Of a stretch of DNA of 64,000 nucleotides, positions 13,980 to 25,994 are shown piece after piece. Below the pieces are notes generated by a model, which ran no database searches, had not been told where the DNA came from, and saw nothing but the letters and a program-made list of their open reading frames with translations. Each line of letters begins with the position of its first letter. The first letter of the stretch is position 1. The DNA comes from Glaucostegus cemiculus (Eukaryota). The stretch is taken from NCBI GenBank assembly GCA_976551045.1, contig CDPCPM010000037.1:13950001-14014000 (forward strand), read 5' to 3'. The position numbers and the translations under genes were made by a program.

Positions 13980-14130
13980 GCTAGTCGAGCAGGGTGAAAA
14001 TGACGCACAAAATTCCTAGAGTCAGCAGCAAGCCCTTACTAAATAAGGCAATGCGCAAGCTAGTTTATCATAGCAGAAGGAGAATGCAACAGCTGATAGT
14101 CGACATCTGCTCCTATTTCCATTTAGTACT
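13980..14130. promoter_or_regulatory. Candidate intronic muscle enhancer
   Basis: Non-repeat sequence with retained CpGs, CArG-like CTAAATAAGG (14039), GATA sites (14065, 14094) and E-boxes CAGCTG (14090) and CATCTG (14104). Confidence 0.3.
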
Positions 14131-15061
14131 TAGATCCACACAGAGGCATTTCTCCTTTGTAGCTCTGGTGATCAGACTGGGGCACACATCAGAATGCAAA
14201 GCACTCAAAAGTTAGAGCCAGAATCAAGCAGTTACATTATATTGATTCTGTTTGACCTCTTTCCCCATTTATTAAGCAGAGAGCAACATTCATAATAAAA
14301 TTATTTTTTTGAAGTAATGTTATTTCCCATTTGCTTACACTTTGGAAAGTTATAAATATTCATAAATTTATTTACTCACTAGGTGCAAAAACTTAAAGCA
14401 TCTTAGAGCTTGAAAGTCAGTTGCAGACAGACCTGAGTATTTCTAGCATTTTCTGTTTTCATCTTAGATTTGCAGTATCTGCAATTTTTAGTCTTGAAAT
14501 GGATTTTTTTAGCTAACAGTGCATTTGAAAAGTATGTTTGCAGCTGTGTTACTTCAATATGGCAAGACTAGCCTCCAAAAATGCTTCCTTTTAATGAATT
14601 AATGTTGTATATCCTTGTATGGAACAGATATGTCAGTTCATAAATCAATAAATAATGTTGATGCTACATTAGGTTTAACTATAAGTTTTGAGGTTTTTGT
14701 TTGTATAAACCAGCAGATTTTTCTACTTCTGTTTTCAGTTTGTGGATCAGAATGTAAGGATAGTACCCATGCAGCAGAGTGGCTGATGAAAAAGGAGAAA
14801 TACTGATCCTCTTGAAATGCAACTTGTTAAACATCTGATACAACTTGGTGCTGAAAATCTAGCTGCAGGAAGAAATCTAAGTGGTGTGTAATTTTTAAAG
14901 CACTGATGACCATACTCTAGCCCAGAATCAGCAACTATACAATATGTGGTGGAGCCTGCAGAAAATGGTTAGCAACCAGAGTGCTTGGATTGCTGCACAA
15001 TGCACAACTCAAATAGACCTAGTGCTGGTAGATTCTCAGCAATCTCTTACTGAAACAAAAC

Positions 15062-15134
15062 AGTACACGTATGTTTTGCTTCAGATCATGTATTACTTGA
15101 AGTAATGCATGATCTGAAACAATACACGTGTATT
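15062..15134. repeat. 73-nt near-perfect inverted repeat (hairpin)
   Basis: Core TTCAGATCATGTATTACTT-G-AAGTAATGCATGATCTGAA, extending to about 33 pairs. Confidence 0.9.
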
Positions 15135-15349
15135 ACTCAAACTGCTGACATCATTTGTACCCTACCCACTAGAGGATGCATGACTCATGCACTTGAACAG
15201 AATTTATCATTGTAATCTTTGTATGAGCTCAGCACAAATTGATAATGGATAACATGTATAATCCTATATGGTTTGGAGACATGGATTCGAAGCACTAGAG
15301 AAGTACCAGCAATTTAATCTCTGGAAAATCTTCCAAACCTTTTGTTAGG

Positions 15350-15778
15350 ATAAATGAACCAATGAAAGCAAGCTCTCCCAAGCCAGCATCCCAACTTCAG
15401 AGCCATAAATAGGCTCGTCCAGCTTCGATGGCTGTATCATCTGCATGCCCAACACCACACTGCTAAGAGATGCTATGTATTCTGAGTTTCGTAATGGTAA
15501 AAGATTTACAGGATCCCAGAGAAAACTCGTCAAGGATGTTCTCAAAGCCTCATTGGGGAAAAAAAATGTAACATCCTGATGAACAGCGGTCAAAGCAAAG
15601 CCAAGGAGGGAGTAGAAAATCTCCCAAGCGACTGACCTACCTGCCCTGTCAAACACCTTTTGCTTCACCTGTGGCAGAATGTAATGGATTGTGCCAGGTC
15701 TTATCAGACATCTCGGAACCCACAGAAATGGAGTGGGAGCAAATCATCCTTCACTCTGAGGAATCTCTATTAAGATGA
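15350..15778 (+). mobile_element. RTE LINE 3' end fragment
   Basis: Contains ...LSQASIP..., YSEFRNGKRFTGSQRKL.KDVLKASL, a C-terminal zinc-finger-like CFTCGR...LIRHLGTH and an RTE-type 3' end. Confidence 0.75.
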
Positions 15779-15829
15779 AAATACTATTACCTATTAGTAT
15801 TATAGATTCTAAAATGGACCTTGCATTTA

Positions 15830-16494
15830 GGGTCTGTTTAGGGAAAAGAGATAAACAACAAAACTAAAGGTGGTTTAAATTAATTCACATAGGATTCATA
15901 GCTAGATTGATGAATTGAAGTAAATGGATGTTACAGAGATGTGGTTGCAAAGTGACCAAGACTGGGTGTTGATTATTCTGGCATACATTACAAAGGGAAA
16001 GGAGATGGTGTAGTTTAGTTAATAAAGTTGAGATTTGTGAAGATTAATCTTGCCCTGAAAGATTGAGAAATGAAAGATCATGAGTGGAGAAGAAATAGCA
16101 GCCCATCCCAGTGTTAGGTGTACAGAAGCGCAGCATATAAATCAAGAAATAATGGGGGCTTTGTAAGAAGTGATCTTCAGTCTCCAAATTGGCAAATATG
16201 ATCTGGAAGATAAGCTCATGGACTTTCATTCTAAGAAAATGTCCTGAATAATGTTATGGAATCAACCAGTGAACAGGTTGATTCTATAGTTGATCATATG
16301 TAATGAAACAAATTGTTTTGTGATCTTGTAGTAAGCAGTCCCCTGGGGAAGAGTGGTTGTAATTTGATAGAATCTCACATTCAGTTTGAAAATGAGACCT
16401 TTGGGTCTAAAACTGTGTGCCTTGATCATAAATAAAGATAATTAGAAAAGTTTGAATGAAAAAGTAGATTAGGAAAATAGATCAGAAGGTAAGA
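15830..16494 (+). mobile_element. Degenerate CR1 endonuclease-domain fragment (continues after 17277)
   Basis: VTEMWLQSDQDW, KGKGDGVV, and PLGKSGCNLIESHIQFE (cf. PLGKSDHNMIEFHIQFE). Confidence 0.7.
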
Positions 16495-16502
16495 TGATGG
16501 AT

Positions 16503-17268
16503 GATGAGCAGTGAGGCTTACAGGAGTGAGATAGATTGGCTGATTGAGTGGTGTCTTAACAACAACATCACACGCAACGTCAGCAAGACCAAGGAAGTGA
16601 TTGTGGACTTCAGCAAGGAAAAGTTGAGCAAACACGCACCAGTCCTCATTGAAGGATCAGCTGTGGAAAGAGTGAGCAGCTTCAAGTTCCTGGACCTAAC
16701 ACATTGATGCAATCACAAAGAAGGCACACTAGCAGATCTACTTCATTAGGAGTTTGAGAAGATTTGATATGTCAGTAAAAGCTCTTTATAAATTTCTATA
16801 TATGTACAGTGGAGAGCATCCTGACTGGTTGCATCATAGTGTGGTACTGAGGCTCCAATGCACAGGATCACAAGAGGCTGCAGAGGGTTATAGACTCAAC
16901 CATCTCCATCATGGACACAATCCTCCCCACCATCAAGGATATCTTCAACAGGTGGTGCCTCAAGAAGGAGGCATCCGTCATAAAGAACCCTCACCATCTG
17001 GGACACACTCTCTTCTCATTACTACCACCAGGGAGGAGGTACAGGAGCATGAAGACCCAAAATCAACGATTCAGGAATAGCTTCTTCCCCTCCACCATCA
17101 GATTTCTGAACGATCCATGAACCCATGAACACTACCTCATCATTCCTTTTTCTCTGCACTGTATTTATTTTTGTAATTTATAGATGTTATGTTTTTTGCA
17201 CTTTATTCTTGCTACTAAACAACAAATTTTGCGTCCTTTGTCAGTGATAATGCATCTGATTCTGATGT
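16503..17268 (+). mobile_element. Rex1/Babar-like LINE 3' fragment nested in CR1
   Basis: EAYRSEIDWLIEWCLNNNITRNVSKTKEVIVDFSK...VERVSSFKFL and LLPPGRRYRS...RFRNSFFPSTIRFLN; TCTGATTCTGAT tail; candidate TSD TGATGGAT at 16495-16502 and 17269-17276. Confidence 0.85.
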
Positions 17269-17964
17269 TGATGGATAGCTAAGGAAATTTTTCATAATGT
17301 TCATCAAAGTTTATAATTAAAAGCTCACTTTGGGGAAAAATTATAGAAATCACAAAAAAATGAAAGTTTTTTCTTGCACATACAGTACATGGTTTTAAAA
17401 ACACTGGATTTAATGCAAGCACGTGCACCCACTTATTTTCTGTTTGCTCAGCTGTTCATGCGTAAGTTCACTGTTTACTCTTGTTTTCATCTCTTCCCAC
17501 TGTGTCCATCTACTGTCATCTACCCAACTTGAATTTAGTACAGAAGTTGGAAAAAATGAAATGTCTGTATATCTGAGAGCTTGGATTTTAGTTTCAAAAC
17601 AATGAAAACATAATTGATGGTAAAAAATTGCTATCGTACAACAAAACCAGGAGAGGGAAGTGATGCATGGTTAAACTAAACAAAATAGAAGTTGCTGTTT
17701 AGGATGAATAGCTCCATCATTCATTTTATGAAAACTATTCAGAATTTCAACACTGCATTCCTACCTATTCTCCATTATCCTCAGTTCCCATATAATCCAA
17801 ATATCTGTCTACCTCTGCCTCGAATATGTTCAGTGACTGACCTCTGCAGCTCTTGGCATAGAGAAATCTAAAGATTCACAACACTCTAGGGGAAGAAATT
17901 CCTTTCATCATATTAAGGACATAATCCCATATTCCAAAACTTTCCTGAATGTCTGCCACATCAT

Positions 17965-18745
17965 TAAAACTCTTTGTGCAATGTGGGTTGGTATATTGAA
18001 CCATCAGTTTCATTATTGCATCCAGTGTGGCCTCCTCTTCATTGGTGAGATCCAATGCAGATTGGGGGATCACTGTTGAGCACCTTCGCTTTGTTCACTG
18101 TACCAGCCAGGATCTCCCTGTGGCCAGCCATTTTAATTCCACTTCCCATTCCCACACCGACATGTCTGTTCATGGCCTCTTCTCTTGCCAAGTTGAGGCT
18201 AGATGCAAATTAGAGGAACAGCACCTCATATTCCACCTTGGTGGTCTCCAATCTGATGGCATGAACTTTGATTTCTCTAACTTCCGGTAACCACTCCCCT
18301 CTGTGCCCTTTTTTCCCTTTATCCCACCATCACCCCATCTCTTTCTCCTCCCCTGTCTTTTTGATCTGCCCATCACCACACATTCCTCTCTCTGGTTCCC
18401 CTCCTCATCTCCATCCCTTTATTCTATGGTCCACTGTCCTCTCCCATCTGATTCCTATCAGATTCCATCTTCTTCAGTCCTTTGTCACTACCACCTCCCA
18501 ACTTCTTGCATCATTCCCACTCTCCCCCTCCCTCACCTGCCTATCACCCCCCTCTCACCTGGATCCACGTATCCCCCCACTAGCTCTTGCTCCACCCCTT
18601 TCCTTTCCTCCTCCCCTCCCTCCCCTTTTTTGTACTGGCTATCTCCCACTTTCCAGTCTTGATGAAGGGTCTTGGCCCGAGATATTAACTGTCCATTTCC
18701 CTCCAGAGGTGCTGCCTGGCCCGCTGAGTTCATCCAGCATTTTGA
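17965..18745 (+). mobile_element. Penelope-like element 3' part (GIY-YIG endonuclease and pyrimidine-rich tail)
   Basis: YCIQCGLLFIGE..., EHLR...DLPVASHFNSTSHSHTDMSVHGL...KLEEQHLIFHLG.LQ.DGMN.DFSNFR; tail GATGAAGGGTCT...GCTGCCTGGCCCGCTGAGTTCATCCAGCATTTTG. Confidence 0.85.
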
Positions 18746-21689
18746 ATCATTCTTTCAGGTTTTAATTGTTGAAAATATTGAAATGCAAGCATTTTCTTTT
18801 CTATATATTTTTTTTTCTTTTGCATCCTTTATTTCTCTCAATTGATTCATTCTCTTCTGCTCTTATTTCTTGTGCAGTGTGTGATTTGGTATTGATTTCT
18901 TCTCTGTTCATGTGTTGTTCATTTCATAGTTCTTCAATCTCATTAGTTTTTCTGCTTATTTATCTGGGTCCCAGATGCCTAGTTATCACCCAATGATGAT
19001 ATCAACAATTTACTAAACAGACAATTAAAGTTACACTGTGGAAGGGGATAGCTAACAAATGGCAACACCTTTGGAAGGGTTGCTTCAGCGAAACCCGACT
19101 TATAGAGCCAAATACTGATTTTAGTTCTAATTTTGGTGAGAATAGAAGATTTATAAAAAAAATTAAGTTAGGATTTGCAAAGATTATGTGAAGCAACCAC
19201 AGAATGGTAAAATTCTTATCAAATATTACTGATTACTCCCGCTTGACATTATACGGGTACAAATTAGCATATCTGTAATAATTGGAAGATACCTGTATTC
19301 CACATTAAAAACAACTTGCTGTTACAACTCAGCAAATGCTGGATTGAATATTTTATAGCACTTTGGGCTTGAAATTTGCCCTTGACAATGGACAAATGTG
19401 AACTAGCTGCTAATTTTATATTTCATCTAATTTTCCTTTCTTGTAAAAAAAAAATTAAGATCACGTAGCAAATGAAATGAACTTTGAATTTGCTATTTGT
19501 TCTGAGATTATATAGAATGCACTAATGTTCAATTCAGTTACCTGAAAAATTGCCTGAACATTTGAGAAGATTTTACATTATTTGTAAATGAGAAATAATT
19601 GACTAATAGTTAAATCTTTTTATTGTAAAAATATTTAAATTTCCTGTAATAATGATCCAAGTATATAAAACATCTCAAACTAATGTTTGCATGATTTCAA
19701 TTCAAATTAATAATTTGAATTAACTACAATATTACAAAATAAGCAATAGCTAACTTGTAATATTACTATATGTTTGTTGGATGTCCAATCTAAGAACATA
19801 CTGTACCCAATTTAGTCCCTGTGGACATATTAGTAGATTCTTGTGCCATTAGTGATTCTATTTATGCACTGTGTGAATGCAAAGATGATGCTCTTCAGCT
19901 TGATTCCCATAGACAAAAACATACAGAAAGAATAGATGCACCATAAACATATCAGATAATAGTTTCCTCGAGTTTTTTTCAGCAATTTATCTTGAGAGAC
20001 AGGATGACTTTAAATTAATCTTTGATTTGACCCAGATTAGCTGATCTGAATTGGTGATCCAGTGTTATCTCACATGGCCAAGGGTTCCAGGTTAGGTGTG
20101 GGAAAATTTACTGGAGTATTTTTTCCCCTGTTAAGCACCATTCACTATCAGAAGGTAACATGTAAATATCAGCTGAGATCAGAATTAGTTTTGTAGTTGA
20201 AGCTTGTACGCTTTATTGCAGTTAAGACCACACAATTCATGTAGGCCTTCTGCTTCATGCAATTATTTCCTGGAAATAGTTGTTGATAGAACCTAAATTC
20301 TTAATGTTCCAAACCATTGCAATTCAGCATGCGTAGTGACTTGTGTGAATTGAACAGTCAGAGGGCCAAGGTAAAATTTGTTTTTTTTGTGGTTTCCCTG
20401 ACATAGCTGATCTTCTGGAGCTAACTTGTTTTCTTCTGTGCCAAGGCCCCAAGGTAAATATGGTTGGGGTGGGAGGATGCTGTCAGGAGGGGGAAGAGTG
20501 TGGACCAGTAATGATCCAGAAGCACAGAACAGCTATATTTTAATATCATTAGTAACTGATTACTCTAAAACATTTCAATTATTGTTTCTTCCAGGCTCAG
20601 CAACTTTTTAAAGATCTTAGTTTTTTTTGTTTATGGTATTCTCCAGTGACCCCATGGAGGACCGTTGGTTCAGCTGCTCAAGATCCAGAAATGGCATTTG
20701 GAATATGTGGAGGGCTGCAACCATGGAAAAGATATTGAGGAATTTAAGTAAATTTGCAATTTATCCAAAACGAGTGACCTTATTTCAGTATGGAAATGAG
20801 GCTCCAGCATTGATTTCAATACAAAGTTACCAAGTTAAAGACCCTGACTAATTCGGCATTGGCAAAACTACTGCGGAGATTGGGTGCAGTTCCTAATACT
20901 ACCTATATGGTTTACTTTTATCTCAAGACCATCAAAGTGGGTGGAATAATACACTTACATCTTGATATCTTTGAAGGGGAAAGGATGAAATGTTTAGGGC
21001 TGTGGCAGGTGCAGGGAAAATGCCTACTATGAATTTGTACTTTTATTGAACAATTCCAATCTCATCAGCTATGGCTCCCAGTTCTAAAGTGTTATTCTTG
21101 CTCTAGGTAGTCATAATGGAACGATTTCTTGAGTATTTGTTCTAGGTGATAACGAGGTTGTGTAATTTATTACCACCCTCAACATGACAATGGCTTTGGG
21201 CATCATCTTTGGAATGCATGATTTTGTTTAATGTTTCCTTTATTTTTTTTTTTGCTTCCAAGTTAAGAGTTGTCTCTGTGATGTTCAGTTTCAGCAGCAG
21301 TAGTCATCCAGAATATATCCAGAAAGGTAGGAAAGCTCTGGATCAGTAGATAGCCAGAAAATGTAAGACTTGTTGATTGCTCCTGTGGGATATATCATTT
21401 ACTAGCTGATCTAAGGGTGTTCTTTTACTTATGGACATGTATAATGTTACAATATTTGAAACATTTGCAGAGTAGTCACTAGTAATTCACTGTGGAATTA
21501 AAATATAGCTGTTCTATGATACATGCTTTAAAAAAAAATCTGGATCACATTCTATCATGTTACTGATGCAATATCTTTCAATTTATTCATTTTGATAATA
21601 TGTTGTCAGTGTTTCATCATGAGATTTTAGGTAACTTCTAAATTTTATGGATAGACTTTTGGTTTAATTGCATGTATTCTTAGCCTTTA

Positions 21690-22350
21690 ATTCTAATTGA
21701 CAATTCCAATCCATGTCCTCACTACTATCTGTAAAGATGATGCGTGATACAGTTTAAAAAATATCGACGCAGTTGGTATTGGCCAAGAAGAAATTAAGAA
21801 GCGAGAAAGGATTGTTAGAAACAAAAAAAAAACTGTTTAGGGAGGCTGAAGACATTGTTATATTTCTAATTGAATACCCTTTGGCCATTTTTCACAAAAG
21901 GTTAATGAAAAAGACATTGTAGTCAAGTTGAAATTGAGTGAATATTAAATATGGTTTAAAATACATAAATAACTAGGGCCTAATAAAGATTATATGGGAG
22001 AGTGAAGGAGGAAACCGTGGAAGCATTCTTTGGCTTCTGCCATTGTTCTGGAGGGATGGGAAGATTTGATAGTCTGGTTTTGGTGATTAAAGAGGAAAGG
22101 GATGAAAAGAAGTATGAGGGTTATTTCTGGCTTATGTGCTGGATATTTGATCTAGATCATCATTCAGAAAGGGGCAGACTAATTAAGGACAGTCAGTGTG
22201 GATTTTTAAGGGAAGGCTGTGTTAAGTACAGAGGGTCAGTAAGGATAGCACACTTGACATGTCCACATGGATTTTAACAATGTGTTTAATTGGGTCCACT
22301 TAACAGACTGATCAGAGAAATGAAAACCCATGAGATCCAAGAGGCAGCAG
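21690..22350 (+). mobile_element. Old CR1 ORF2 internal fragment
   Basis: LIKDSQCGFLREG (ORF 22002..22277), the CR1 SQHGF motif. Confidence 0.65.
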
Positions 22351-23559
22351 CAGGATCTTGATTTGAAATGTTGACAATTCCTCCTCCCCCCACGGATCCT
22401 GCTCCAACAGTTTTATTTACAATTACAGTTTTGCTTGAACGAGGTGTTTAAGAGTTTGGCATGGTGCACAGGTACTCCACTCATACTACTTGTATTAAAA
22501 TCAGCGTCTTTAATAAACATAGTGTGCTTTGGTACACCGAATACAAACATGTGATGTGCATTTAAAAGGAATTAAGACAGCTCATATTAGTGACATACAG
22601 GATGCTTGTTTTGTGCAGTATTGTATTTGTAATCCCTAGTGCTTTCTACCTACTCAATAGTTACTTCCTTCAGTCAGTACAACCTCTCCTAGTGTTCCTT
22701 TCCACTGCCATTCCCCCATTCCCTTACTCAGTCCATCCACTTTCATACATTTGTTTGTCCTGGTAGTTCTGCTGAACTATGAAACTGTGATGAAAATCAG
22801 AAAGAAACTGCACTCTACCATCCTGTGGCAGCTCATCACGGCATGACTGGCTGTTTGTATGTTTTGCACTCTAAAACACAGATGGTATCGAATTTATATA
22901 ATGCATCAATTGCAGCTTTGAAATTGTTCAAAATATGTTTAGGGTGTCAGTAAACATTCAGTAAGACCAATTTATTAAAGCCTGTGTTTATACTACACTC
23001 TGCTTAGACTACTGCTGGGAATCTCACACCTCAAGGCTTTAGTGCACTCGATGATCATTTGAGTTATAAGAGATAATTTTCTGATTTCTGCACTCTCAGT
23101 TGGGAGCATCAGCCACCAAGAGCATGCATGTAGAAGATAGAATTTGTGTACAATCTGTACACATTTTGACTGAGTGTAGCTCTGTACTGGAAGCAAAGCA
23201 TTGAAAAACTGTTCCATATTTTTACCCTTCTATTGCAAATGTTTGTAATAATGAAAAAACCTTTTGCTTTGATTATATCACAAGAACCATCTTTGTTTAA
23301 TGATTTAATTATGCCTTGGGATGCAATGAGATGTGAATTATTCTCTCTTTACAGCAATTTTAATAAAGTATTTTTGATACCTTGCTTTGATTTCAATTTA
23401 CTTGCGTGAGTGTGTTTTCATCTTAAGATAGTGACCCATCTCCAATTGTTTATTTTTACCTTGGAGTCTATATTCTTTTGTATAGCTATTATAAGCATAT
23501 TATGTTCACTGTTTCCTTGATGTTTCCCCACCGATACTTGCTCTATTTGACGTGACTAA

Positions 23560-24900
23560 TTTTTCAGAACCAAATCCGGAAATGCCTTTTTCCTCACTAG
23601 GCCAGTGATGTACCAATTACAACAGTTCTGCTGAACAAGCTTCAGAAGCTCTCCCCCATCTTTTCCTCTTATTATTAATATCCCAGTCTATATTTGGAAA
23701 TTGAAATGGCCCATTATTGCCACTGTATGGCTTTTGGACTTCTCTGCAATTTTCCTGTAAATTTGCTCCTCAATATCCTTCCCACTAGTTGGTGGCTAAT
23801 AGAATGTTCCCAGTACCATTATTACTCCTCCGTTAAATTTTCATTCTAGACAGATAGATTCTGTCCTTGATTTGTTCCATGGGATACTCCCTCTCTAGCA
23901 CAGCGGCATCCTTCTTAATCTTACTTTACTCTCCTTTCTTCCCTTTCCTACGTTTCTTAAACAGCTTGTCTTCAGGACTATTTAGAACTCATTCAAAGTA
24001 TGTTTTTTGCCACAATATCATTACCCCACACAGTTAATTCTACTTTAGCCAGCCAACCTTGCTTAATATATCTAATGGATGCATAGTAAGTCAATATTAA
24101 TTCTTGTTGTACACCCTCTTTATCTAAAAACTTGCTATTTCTTGTTCTCGTGTTGGTTTCCTCCCCTACTCCTTTTTGAAATAGTTTTCTTCTTTTCTGT
24201 GCTACTTTCCTGTGCCTATTGCCCTGTCAAGTTAATTTAAACTTCCTCCCCTTCCCATGCACACCCCACCACACTAATGGACCTTCCTGTAGGGCACTAC
24301 TTTGAGGTACAGTCCATCCAGTCTGTACCAATCCCATCTCCCTAGAAGTCGACTGCCCTTCCCCCTATCACCATCTCTCTACCCACCTGTTTATCCGTGC
24401 GTCCTCTTATTTCATCATCACTGATGCATGATACAGAGTGATCCAGAGACTACCACCTTTTGAAATACTGCTTCTGAATTGCTTTTCTCACCCCTTAAAA
24501 TCTGCATACAGGATGAATATGGGCTGTGAAACTCTGGTTATTTACCCGCTCCTCCAGAATTTTTTTTTGTAGCCACTCAGTAATACCCGCAATCCTGGCA
24601 TCAGGAGTCATTAAGTCTGGGAGCAGAATTATTCTTTGTTTCAGACTTTCCCATGTATGTTTATGCATTGCAAGATTGTTTGACGATCACATTGTGGAGG
24701 TGGATGAAAGGGCAGCTGGGTACTCTAGGAGGTGAATTATGAATCACTTTTGCTTCTTGTGCCCCACGAGCAGCCCAAGAAAAGCACTTGTGGATCCATT
24801 CCGTCTGTAATCGATGTCTCTGACACCCAGAAATTTTCCCCTCTGTCTTTTAAAGTTAATTTTCAGTTAATGCAATGGTACGTAGCTTGCTTAAAATGTT
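23560..24900 (-). mobile_element. CR1 5'/ORF1-endonuclease region fragment
   Basis: The minus strand shows ORF1 esterase-like and EN-like remnants, including GTF(Y)*PPTSGKDIEEQIYRKIAE and MGHFNFPNIDWD. Confidence 0.65.
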
Positions 24901-25713
24901 TTTTTTTAATCACTGACTTATCTCCTAAGAGTAAGTTGCTTGGTTGCATTCTGGATATCTTAGGACAGAAATGGGCACAAAGAAGGTGGGTCTGAGAATG
25001 TTTCAAAAATCCCTTACCCACCCATTTATGCACATGGATATGGGATAAGTGTTGCTACTTCAGCACAAACCTACCCAGGAAATTCAATTTTTACTGCAGC
25101 TGGAAAACATTGGGATGGTGTGCATTTGTAATTTGCTCATTGTTGAGAGGTTAGTCCTGTGCCATTTTGAGACTGGCACCCTTTTACTTGGTAACTCATT
25201 TCTCTTACAATGTTAAAACTTTTAAATATAAAATGTTCTGAAATTGCATCATATGTCCATTATTCTGCCATAAATTTTAAAAACCATCTCCTTGTCTCCT
25301 CCTGTCAGACAATGTTAAGACTGCAATTTTTATGGGCAAGATAATGGATGCATGACACAATTTTCCAACTATTTATTTCAATAAGAAGAAAAATAGACAA
25401 GAAATAAACAGCCGAGTGACTTCAGTATAAATACAAATTTGGTTGTGTAATTAAGTACCCCTTGGTTAAATTTTTGCATGATCTTTCAAATTTAAGTCTG
25501 CTGTTTTCAAGAAGATTGTTCTAACTGCTGTGACTGTCTGGAAAAGTCACAGCTTTGTGACAGCTGTTCAAAATGCATGGTAGCCAAAGGCCCTGTTGCA
25601 CATTTTATTATAAATTGTGTGCATTGCTGCAATATATTGTGGTTACTAACACATTGTGTATAAATTAATTTCTAATTCTAAGTGGTACTGTAATCTTATG
25701 ATATTGGTGATAT

Positions 25714-25994
25714 GGGCGGCACAGTAGTGTAGCGGTTAACATAACGCTATTACAGCGTCAGCGATCCAGGTTCAACTCCCACCGCTGTCTGTAAGGAGTT
25801 TGTACATTCTCCCTGTGTCTGCGTGGGCTTCCTCCGGGTGCTTCGGTTTCCTCCCACGTTCCAAAGATTTACTGGTTAGGAAGTTGTGGGCATGCTATGT
25901 CGGTGCGGGAAGCTGCCACATTTGTGGGCTGCCCCCAGCACGTTCTACACAAAAGATGCATTTCACTGTACATGTGACTAATAAAGATATCTTA
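25714..25994 (+). mobile_element. tRNA-derived V-SINE-like element (near full length)
   Basis: A box (GGCACAGTAGTGTAGCGGTT), B box (GGTTCAACTCCC), V-domain GGAGTTTGTACATTCTCCCTGTGTCTGCGTGGG...GGTTTCCTCCCAC and tail AATAAAGATATCTTA. Confidence 0.9.

Noticed and set aside
18268-18765. Pro/Ser/Leu-rich 165-aa ORF
   Set aside because: By-product of the pyrimidine-rich Penelope tail.
25714-25790. tRNA gene
   Set aside because: The A and B boxes belong to a SINE head that continues into the V-domain; no proper cloverleaf.
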